Shown here: in pieces, positions 50,201 through 60,060 of the stretch
Numbering within the stretch: the stretch's first letter is position 1
How the letters are laid out: each line of letters begins with the position of its first letter
Assembly: GCA_036172245.1 (NCBI GenBank)
Contig: JAYWIR010000130.1
Span: forward strand, 1 to 64,000
Length of the DNA: 64,000 nucleotides
DNA from: Raillietiella orientalis
Taxonomy: Eukaryota
Reading direction: 5' to 3'
Program-made: the position numbers and the translations under genes
Notes under the pieces: generated by a model
Told to the model about the DNA's origin: nothing
The model's input: only the letters and a program-made list of their open reading frames with translations
Database searches by the model: none

Positions 50201-50831
50201 GAAATGGACCGTGTCCTGCACTCTAGGCGGCAGGACACAATCGATAAAGGCGTGGACATCTCGGCAGCTAGCTGACGCTGCGACGCCGAGTGTCCCGCCC
50301 AACGGAATTCGACGCTGGGGCGAGCTACTCGGACTATCTCCGGAGGAGATGAAGTGGCCCCCAGCGTCCTGGAACAGTGCATCCCTCCCCCTGAAATGGC
50401 AGGATGTGGCGTTGCTTGTGGTCCTCTGGGGACTTCCATTCAAAGCACGCCTTCATCACACAACCCGGGGGGCTGTGGATCCTTATTGTGACCGGTGCGG
50501 GGCAAAAGAGACCTTCCCCCACCTTCTCATCGAGTGCAGTGCCATCCGCCCTTTATGGGATCGTCTCGCGGCGATCCTGGACTTGCGCGGATTCGGCCCA
50601 AAGGACGTTTTCAGGCGCCTCTTCTGTAGTGACGCCTTCTCCCCGCCCGCTAGTGTAGCAGTCCTCTGCTGCATCAGAGGAATAGTGGCGGCTTGGAACG
50701 CCACCAGAAGAAGGCGTCAGCCAACCGGCAACGCCTTACACTGGACTCGCGTTTTCGCGCGAAGTGTCTGCAAGTGGCACCACTTGGGCGCTGAAAGGAC
50801 TCAGCTTGTGCGGATCCTGAATAGGATCTAG
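47275..50831 (+). pseudogene. R1 ORF2 (APE-RT-CCHC, GTG at start position, frameshift near 50050)
   Basis: 932-aa ORF: CWNVNG, LQET, GDFN, IDH, SDH, WRPITVVNADAK, DLHKAFD, QGDSLSP, YADD, KYLGV; downstream frame has CDRCGAKETFPHLLIEC. Confidence 0.95.
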
Positions 50832-51058
50832 AGGACCTCTCCACGCGCACCGTGATCCCTTCCCCGCCCTCCCATCCCTACAACATTTGTTCCCCCCCCC
50901 CATTTGAACTTTTTGTTTCTTTTTGTTTTTCTTTATTTCCCATCCCCGCGCATCGGAAGGACCTCTCCGGCACGGAGCCGGTAACCATCAAGCTGTTATG
51001 GAGTGGTGAACCTTCGGGTTCGCCACGCGACAATTTTTCTGTTAGTTTATTTCTATGA

Positions 51059-51088
51059 AATAAATGCCCCGGCACATCCGGGTGTGAA
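51059..51088 (+). terminator. Conserved 3'-terminal signal: AATAAA plus short hairpin (representative copy)
   Basis: AATAAA-TGC-CCCGG-CACAT-CCGGG-TGTGAA; variants at all 12 retained 3' ends. Function inferred, not shown. Confidence 0.65.
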
Positions 51089-51096
51089 CAACCCGC

Positions 51097-51618
51097 CGCG
51101 GCGATCCTGGACTTGCGCGGATTCGGCCCAAAGGACGTTTTCAGGCGCCTCTTCTGTGGTGACGCCTTGTCCCCGTCCGCTTGTGTAGCAGTCCTCTGCT
51201 GCATTCGAGGAATCGTGGCTGCTTGGAACGCCACCAGAAGAAGGCGTCAGCCAACCGGCAACGCCTTACACTGGACTCGCGTTTTCGCGCGAAGTGTCTG
51301 CAAGTGGCGCCACTTGGGCGCTGAAAGGACTCAGCTTGTGCGGATCCTGAATAGGATCTAGAGGACCTCTCCACGCGCACCGTGATCCCTTCCCCGCCCT
51401 CCCATCCCTACAACATTTGTTCCTGCCCCACATTTGAACTTTTTGTTTCTTTTTGTTTTTCTTTATTTCCCATCCCCGCGCATCGGAAGGACCTCTCCGG
51501 CACGGAGCCGGTAACCAGCAAGCTGTTATGGAGTGGTGAACCTTCGGGTTCGCCACGCGACAATTTTTCTGTTAGTTTATTTCTATGAAATAAATGCCCC
51601 GGCACATCCGGGTGTGAA
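51097..51618 (+). mobile_element. Element R2: 5'-truncated ~520-bp copy of the R family
   Basis: Matches 50567-51088 with several substitutions; followed again by CAACCCGCCGC (51619-51629). Confidence 0.9.
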
Positions 51619-51634
51619 CAACCCGCCGCCTGAG

Positions 51635-53929
51635 AGGGTGGACGTGCTTTTGTGGTGCTCCGCGTTTTTCTCGCGAGTGTTTTCGGGATTTTCAGCTGTG
51701 AGCGGTTGTTCCTGGGCAGAGATGCCCGAGGACGCCGCAAAGACGGCGGAGGGGGGCGAGCGAGCCTCGTCCCCCCAGCCCATGGATGTGGGGGCCATCT
51801 CCCCTACGGAATCGTCCCCCGCCCCGGCGAGGGCTTGGAGCGCGGTGGTGGCGGCGCCTGCGCCGCCCCCCGCAGAGGAACAGCGGGCATACATGGCCGA
51901 CGGGTATAACCCGGCCTTGTTATACAAGGTAGGTGGCCTGTACTCCCCCGCGGTGTTACGATCGTTCGCCGCGGAGTTTAAAAAGTTGAAAGTCCCGGAG
52001 GACGAAGTCCTCGGGCTTTCGGTTAGGAGTGGCGGGCAGCTGGTTGAGCTGAACTGCAAATCTGCAGGGATGGCTCAGCAGCTGCTCCGCCTGCCGGTGA
52101 CCGTGAACGGGAGAAGGATCTTCCCGTTCACGGCGGACAACTCCATCGTGGTGCATTTGACCGGCATAACGATGCGCATGGCACAGAGCGCCGTGCGAGA
52201 ATCGTTAGAGAAGTTCGGGACCGTTCACGCGTTGTGGGCAAAACCCAATGTCCTGGGTTACACCAGGGCATTTAGTGGTTACGCCGCTGCGCGCGTGACG
52301 GTCCGTGCCGAGGGTGGGCTACCCCACAGACTGCAGGTCGGGGAGGAGGAGATCGACCTGTGGTATGTGGGGAAACCCGTATACTGCGGCTTTTGCCAGG
52401 TGTCGGGGCATTTAAAAAAGAAATGCCCCAACATCGTGTGCTTGGGCTGTGGGGAGAAGGGGCACATCAGGCGGATGTGCCCCAACCGAAAAAGGTCCGT
52501 TCCGTCAGGCGCGAGGAAGGAAGAGACGCCGAAGGAAAAGGACCGAAGCCAACAACTGGCAGAATCCCGCCCTGCCGACCAACCCGCTACTCAGGCATCC
52601 ACCAGCGAACAACCAGCTGGAGAAAGCGCCGAGAACGAGGAAGGTTGGCAAAAGGTAGAAAGGAAGAAGCCCCAGAAGAAGGAGGCAAAAAAGATAAACA
52701 AGGCGGTGCCGAAAAAGCAGAAACCGGTCGTCCGCGCTTGTACGGTGAAGATCGAACGCGTCTCGATCGCCAGAGCCGTAAAGAAAGTAACGGTAAAGGC
52801 GATCGATACCGTCGATCCTGAGCCGGTCGTGCCCGCAGTGACGTCACCATCAGCTGACGACAATGCCGTTCCGGCATTGCCAGCGAAGGACGTCTGCGCG
52901 CCGATCGATGAAGCCGCCCCTGTCGCGCCTGCGCAAAGCGTCGGTGCGGAAAGCGAGGAGGCGCCGCGCATAACGGACGCGACCTTCGCGCAGGCCGCGA
53001 AATAGCTGGCAGCCATGTTACGGCAGCCTGCCAAGGCCGAGAAGAAGGCTTTGAGACGACCGGCAACGGTGAAGGGCCCGGAAAATTCCGAGTTCGAAAC
53101 CGAAGCCGGTTGTTCTACTTCCGCAGCCGTGCCGAAGAGGAAGGCTGGCAAGAAGACCGGTTGCCCGAGACGGGTCGCCCCTCCGCAGGTGGAGGAGGCC
53201 ATGTCCTCGGGCACGAAGGAGGAGGCAATGTGCGTCGCGCCACGCGACCCCTCTCCGATCCGTGTCTCGAAAGCCAGCCCCATGGAAGTCGCTGTGGACG
53301 ACGTGCTCCCGTGTGAGCAGCCGACCGTCGTCACGACCGCCAACAAGCCGCCTCCCGCAAGGGAGGAGGCCGCCTCCACCCCTAAATAGACGCACCAGTG
53401 CGTGGGCTCGCCTTCTGCCGCCGCTTGCGCATCACCTGTTGGAATGTCAACGGGTTGCGCGACGGCGGAAAGAGGCGAGATGTAGCCGCCATACTGCGAG
53501 ACTTCGACCTGGTGCTCCTGCAAGAGACGCACGTTCTCCGACCGGGAGATGTCCAGGAAATCGAAAGAATTGCGGGAGGGCGGCTACTGTGGAGGAACGG
53601 AACGGACAACTCCTGCGGAGTGGCCTTTCTGCTAAAGCCAACCGTCGACAACTCACTGCGCAGTGCACGGTTCGACGGGGATGGTCGAGTTGGGCAGCTT
53701 GTGTTCAAGTGGTGAAACTCGATCGACGTCGTAGTCACGAACCTGTACGCTCCGGTGAGCAGCCACAGGGCCGAGGAACGCACTGCGTTTTTCGAAACCT
53801 TGCGGCGAGACTGGTTGACCGAAGCAGGCGTGCGAAGGGCGCACCTCATTGCGGGCGATTTCAATCTCCGCCTGCTGGCAGGTGCGCCCAGCGGACGAGC
53901 ACAGCTGGACGACGAGTTGTGCGCAGCCA
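51635..53929 (+). mobile_element. Element R3: 5' part of a third R copy (ORF1 51722-53389 with a stop at 53003; APE truncated)
   Basis: Near-identical to 45511-47806; breaks after DELCAA. Confidence 0.92.
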
Positions 53930-54505
53930 GCATCCGGTATCCCAAGTGCCGTTTGAAGACGTTTCCAAAGAATTTGGACGGCAGGGCATTCAACTAAGTG
54001 CTGGGGGAGCGACTCCCGCTCCCCACACATAGCACACGCAGGATTTACTCTTCCCCGCGTCCAGTGGAAGCGGCGCGCGTTGCAGGGTAGACCCCAATGC
54101 AGCCACAGAAGCGCCGATTCTCGCCAGTTCAGGGGAAGAAACCTGGAGCCTAGTATAACCGGGGGCCACTTTAGGACATCCAATCGAATGCCGAGCAGCT
54201 CGCCCCATCTTCTTAATTTACGCGGCTGGAGTCTAGGGGTCGTTGCACCTGTCAACTCTCCCATGGTCCAGCAACTCATCGTCTTCTCTCTTCCTGCGAT
54301 ACGGCAGCAGACTTGCCACCTTGGCTTCCGGCTTCCGTGAAGCGCCCTTTGGAGGAAGGCCATCGCCGTAACAAGGGGTGTGCTTTCCGCCCACGTGCAA
54401 CTCGGTGGAAATTCAAGTATTTCACGGAGAGTTCGGCTGGCGTAAAAGCCGACTCGCATGCAGTTCATCTGGTCTTCGCACCTCTGGTTCAGCTTGGCCC
54501 AGGCT
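53930..54505 (-). mobile_element. Fragment S: ORF2 C-terminal piece of the K/N/W group
   Basis: HWGLPCNARRFHWTRG, CAMCGERESLPQHLVEC. Confidence 0.85.
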
Positions 54506-57464
54506 CCGGCATTCCGCGAAGGGCTGAGTAACGATTGGGCATACCACCACGCCCGTCTATACTCTAGGACTCCCGACGTTCGACGCCTGGCGGAGTATAA
54601 AGCTGGGGCTGAGCGACAGACCTGGCAATCCGGGTCGCCCAGCTTGCTGGACGCCCAAGGCCAAGAATGCTCAGCTCCGGTGAGAATAAACCGCATCCTG
54701 CGGGACTATTACTCCTCCTTGTACGCGCGTAGAACAACAGAGCGCGCCGTGGCGCAGCGCTTGCTGCCGCAAGGCGCCCCCGCGCTGCAGGAGGAGCAGG
54801 CACATGAACTCGCGCAGCCTTTCTCCATGGCGGAGATCGTCTCCGCCATCGGAAAGCTCCGAAAGAGAAAAGCACCAGGGGAAGACGGTCTGCCCGCGGA
54901 GTTCTACCAAGGCTTCGTGGCGGAGCTGGCCCCCCTGGTGCATCGGCTATGCATGCTGATCCGAGAACAAGGGGACGTCCCCAAATCGTTCCGGTCAGCT
55001 AGAGTACGTCTCCTGCCGAAAGGAGGAGACAATCGTAACGTAGGAAACTGGCGTCCCATCACAGTAGTGAATGCGGATGCGTAGTTGCTTGCCAAGCTTT
55101 GGGCTGAGCGACTGGGACGGGTGGCGGAATCCGTGGTGAGTCCGGAGCAGACATACGCTGTTCCCGGACGAAGCATGGTGGCAGTTGCAACAAAGCGAAG
55201 ACCAGGGAGGTCAAGAGAATCCTGGATTCTCCTCTGACCAGGGAGGGGACGCCCTTCATGAAAAAGCGGCGCGCGGTACCCTTGCGGTCGCAGTCGATCT
55301 GCGTAAAGCGTTCGATTGCGTCGACCAGGAACTGCTTCTGGAGCTCCTGGAACGCTTCGGATTCCCGGCCGTCTTCCGGGCTCATCTGCGCTCCTGCTGG
55401 CTCTTCACTCTAATAAACATCTCTTTCAGCGGCAGGCACGTGTACGGCGTGCCGGTTCGGCGTGGCATAAGGCAGGGTGACAGTCTGAGCCCCATGCTCT
55501 TCAGCATCTACTTCGAGCTGGTGCTGAGGGCATACAGGGAGACTCTGGCAACCCTGCCAAGCTCGTGTCCCGGCACGCCTGCCGTGTCGGCCTACGCCGA
55601 CGACCTTCTGCTCCTGCTTCCCGGGTCCACCTTGGCGTCGGCGTTCGAAGATTTCTTTGAGTTGCTGCTCCGCGGGACGGGCCTCGAGGTGAAGAGAGAG
55701 AAATCCACAATCGTTCCTACATCACCACTACTTTCAAACAATACGGCGTGGGCCGGACGGCCGGACTGGATCCGCTTAAGGATCCCCACGGGCAGGTGCT
55801 TCAAGTACCTTGGCGTTCTGTTTGGGGACTTCTGCGTTGCAGAAGCCTGGTCCGACCGTCTCCAAAAGGTGGAGTTGGCGATCGGCCCGTTCCGGAACGG
55901 CAAGTTTTACTTGCAGGAGCGGGCCGCGGTGTGGAACGCGTTCGCGGCCCCCCTCCTTCGCCCCTTACTTTTTGTTTGCCCCGCTCCTTTCATCATACAG
56001 AGACGGACGAAAGCCCTCTTGAGGACTGCCCTTTGGGGCACAGCGAGGTCGCGAGTCCGATTGAAATACTTGTGCGCTCCACGCAGGGATGGTGGCTTGG
56101 GCCTCCTTACGTTGGAGCGCATTAACTTCAAACAACAATTCGAAAGTTAGCCCTTGCGGCTAGCTTATGGATGACGCCATTGTGCGATCCGGCACGGCTC
56201 CTCGCCAGAAGAGCGACCGGCTGCGAAGGATTGTCCTCGATCCTCGTGGCCTACCAGCGCAGCCTCTCCAACTCTGGTCCCGATTTGCGCCAGATGGTCG
56301 CCCTGATGAGGGAGAATACCTCGATCTCCTGCATCCCCGCGAACTGCACTGCCTGACTTCAGGAGTCAGCTTCCGCGTGGGCTGAGATCAACGGAACGAG
56401 CGAGGCGGAATACAACTGCCTACGACGAGGACCGTACGCTCGACAGACGCTGCAGGATATTATCAACACGCCCCGGAAGTTTCTGTGGGCTTCTTTCAGC
56501 CTTCATGCCCCCGTTCTGTCCTCCCTGAAAAACAGTAGAAGCAGCAACGAGCTGGCATCGTGGGTAGTGTCCTGCCTCATCCGAGGCAGGAAAAAACCTT
56601 TAAAGGCGTGGACGACTCGGGAGCTCACGGACGCTGCCACCCTGAGCGTCCCGCCTCACGGACTTGTGCGCTGGGGAGAGCTGCTCGCAATACCTCCGGA
56701 GGAGGTGAAGTGGCCCCCAGCGTGTTGGGATTGCGGCACACTTCCGTTGAAGTGGCAGGAGACGGCGTTGCTATTTCTGCACTGGGGACTGTTAAGCAGA
56801 GCACGCCTGTCTCACTGGACACTGGGGAATGTGGATGCCCGCTGTGTCGAGTGCGGAGAAAGAGAAACCTTCCCGCATCTCACCCTCGAGTGTGTCGCCC
56901 TGGATGGACTCTGGAGTCGAATCGCCCCAATCCTCCATCTTCCAGTAGGCGACCCTAAGGATATTTACCGTCGCCTCTTTCTGCGTGACGGCCTGCGCCC
57001 CGCTGCGTCTCTAGCAGTCCTCTGCTGCGTGCGCCGCATTGTGCAAAGGTGGCACGCCAGAAGAAGAGGCCCAAGATGCAGGGACGCCATCCACTGGACG
57101 ACGATCTCTCTAGAGACGGCGACAAGGTGGCGTCTACCTCCAACGGTAAAACCTGAACTTGACTATATCCTCAACAGGATGCGGAGGACCGACCCAGGCG
57201 CTTAGTGATCCCTTCCCTGCCCCCCCCCCTCTCCCCATACAACTGTTTCCCTCCCCGTTATCTCTCTTTTTGTTTGTTTTTGTTTTAGTTTTCCCTTCCC
57301 ATGCGCCTCGGGGATGGACCTAACCGGTGAATGCACCAGCTACCGACACGTCAACCAAGGTGGGAAAACCAAGTGTTTCCCACAATTAACTTTTGAAAGA
57401 CTTTATTATCTAATTTTTGTAGAAAATTAGAATAATAAATGCCCCGGTATATGCGGGTGGCAAA
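54506..57464 (+). mobile_element. Element T: ORF2 from the GFG site to the 3' end
   Basis: DLRKAFD, QGDSLSP, YADD, CVECGERETFPHLTLEC, stop 57205; AATAAA 57434-57439 plus hairpin. Confidence 0.9.
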
Positions 57465-57760
57465 CGTCGGCTGGAGCCGTGTATTCGCGGTCCTGGTCGT
57501 CGAGCAGAACTGTCGCCCCTGACTGCCACACCTGGCGCTCGGCCTTGGCCTTGTACTCGGATAATCGACCAACGTCCGCGTGCCTGGAATAGCAGGGGGC
57601 AGCAGAAAATCTCTTCTGTAGGCTACACCCCCTCCGTAGCCGCGCAGCAGCTGTTGCAAAGGAAACCGACGGCAAAACTGGCGGACCGCTCTTTTCAGTA
57701 CGGCCCTGCGGGCGAGCCACGGAGGTACCGGCGAAGATAGGCCTTTGGAGGAGGCGAACG
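57465..57760 (-). mobile_element. Fragment U: ORF2 linker piece
   Basis: LKRAVRQFCRRFPL...AERQVWQSGATVLLDDQDREYTAPADV. Confidence 0.85.
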
Positions 57761-60060
57761 GCGGACGCAATTGCTGTGCGCTCCGTGGATAGATAGTATT
57801 TTGTCTGGTGTTTCGTTTGTGTTTAGCGGGCGTTCACAGGCAGAAATGCCTGTGAACGCCGAAGTTTCAGGTGAGGAAGGCGGGAAGACCGCATCTCTTA
57901 AGCCAAAGGAGGTGGGATCACGCCCCACCACTACTTCTGAACCCCCGCAACTACGGCGAGGGCCTGGAGCGCGGCGGCTGCGGCGGAAACGCCCGATCTC
58001 GCCCCCTAAATACAATCCTACATCCAGGAGGGCTACCATCCAGCCCTCTTGTACAAGGTAGGAAATTTATATCCCCGTTAAGGGCGCTAAAGTTTGGCAA
58101 TATTATCAAAAAGATGGCCATTGCCGACCATGAAATTGTTTTCGTGTGACTTCGGAGCGGAGTGCAGTTGGCGAAGCACATCTGCAAGGATGCAGCTCTC
58201 ACCCACAAAATGCTCTGCACGCCCGTACAATTTAAGGGCAAAAATTTACTCCCCCACACAATGGACCACTCTATTGTGGTTCATCTTACCGGGACAACAG
58301 TGAGGATGGATGAGAACGGCATCCGCGGTGACCTTAAAAAATTTGCAAGCGTTTTCGCAATGTGGTAAAAGCCCAACACCTTCGGAGTGCACGTAACATC
58401 TAGTGGACGAGTAGGCGCGCGCGTGACGCTGCGAGAAAGCGTGCAGCTTCCCTACTAGTTCCAAATTGGCGACGAGTTCGTCGACGTTTGGTTGTGGGGA
58501 AACCTAAATTCTGTGGCAATTGTAAGAAGTTTGGGCACCTGAAAAACCGGTGCCCGGACGCAGGTTGCCCAACGTGCAGCGCGAAGGGCCACACCAAAGT
58601 AGTGTGCTCGATGAAGGTCGGTCAAACGCCGGAAATATCGCAAAATAAGAAAAGGAAGGCAAAAATAGCATTAAACCCCACAAAAGGGGATCAGCCGTCG
58701 CCTCCGACGGCGCGACAAAGTCGCGAGCCCAGCGTGAGCAGTGACGACCGGAATTTCAAAAAGGCGGCGGCAGAGTTGGCAGCCATGCTCCAGCAACCAC
58801 CCAAGGCCGAGAAGAAGGCCTTGAGGCGTCCGGCTGAGAAAAGAGGACAGGAAACTCCCGAGTCCGAAGCCGAATCCGGCAACGCTCCGGCTGTCGCTCT
58901 CCCGATGCGCAAAGCGGGCCGCAAGGAAGGCAACTCGCGGCGCTCCGCACCTCCACCGTCGGAGGAGGAAATGAGGTCGGACCACGACGACGGGGATTCG
59001 ATGTCTGCGAGGTCTCGGGACTCCTCGCCAAAGGCGGCCCAGGCCAAGCAGCATCCTCCAACCACCACCACAACCACCGAAGGACCACCTCCTTGCAAGG
59101 AACAGCCCGTCGCAATGGACACACAACTCCCGCTTGCTGAACAGCAGGCGGACGACCGTAAGCAATCACCATAAACACATTAACGCGTGGACTCTCTTCC
59201 TGCCGGCGACTGCGCGTAATCTGTTGGAACGTCAACGGGTTGCGCGACGAGGGCAGGAGGAGAGAAGTCGCCGCCATCCTCCGGGACTTCGACCTGGCGC
59301 TTCTGCATGAGACGCACGTGCTCCTTGCTGAGGAGGTCCAGGAAATCGAACGGATCGCAGGCGGGCGGCTTATATACGAGAACGGGAGACCGCACTCGCG
59401 GTGTGGCTTTCATGCTGAAGCCAGCCGTCGTTAATGCGCTGCGCGACGTGCACTTCGACGGGGAAGGTCAAATCGGGCAGTTTGTTGCCAAGTGCTCCGA
59501 CGCGATCGACCTCGTCGTGACCAACGTGTACGCGCCCGGCACGTGCCACAGGCGCGGGGAACGCACTGCGTACTTCGAAGGCCTGAGGCGAGATTGGCTG
59601 GCCGAAGCAGACATGCGAAAGGCGCACCTCATTGCCGGGACTTTAACGTCTGCCTGCTGGCAGGTGCGCCTGACATTCCCGAACAGCTGGTCAACGAGAT
59701 GTGCGCTGTCATGCGCGCGCGCAACTTGTTGACAGAAATACAGAGGATTGCCAGCAGCGTGGACCACGTCTATCTTGAAAAAGACCTGTGCACACGGATC
59801 GAAAAACGAGAGACACTTGGATCTTCGCTGTCGCACCATTCCCGGTTCTTATTAGAAATGCTTCCGCGCGACAAAAGACCGCCATTTAGGCATTGGCGTA
59901 TGCCAAGGGACTGGACGCGCCTGTCAGGAGCGAAAGAACATCATCGCAAATTCCTGCGAGGCGTTACCTTGAGAATCTCGCGGATTGGAACCTATTTAAG
60001 GACTGGGTCCGGTAGTTCTGTGAGCAGTTCCCTATGCAAGGACTGCCTTGGGGATTTGGC
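57761..60060 (+). mobile_element. Element V: 5' UTR, ORF1 (57846-59174, internally deleted) and APE
   Basis: GGACGCA 57763-57769; CGNCKKFGHLKNRC; ICWNVNG; ends QFPMQGLPWGFG. Confidence 0.88.

Larger units (their letters stand above)
45511..51088 (+). mobile_element. Element R1: full-length, best-preserved copy (~5.58 kb)
   Basis: Both ends present, flanked by CAACCCGCCGC (45495-45505, 51089-51099); apparently one frameshift in each ORF. Confidence 0.95.

Noticed and set aside
47275..50831. Bacterial RT system (group II intron, retron, DGR) or R2-type element
   Set aside because: N-terminal APE domain, gag-like ORF1 and C-terminal CCHC define a eukaryotic L1-clade element; no restriction-like endonuclease or RNase H motif seen
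50567..51618. 530-bp direct repeat as an LTR or pseudo-LTR
   Set aside because: No TG...CA ends, primer-binding site or integrase; it is the element's 3' end bounded by the target 11-mer
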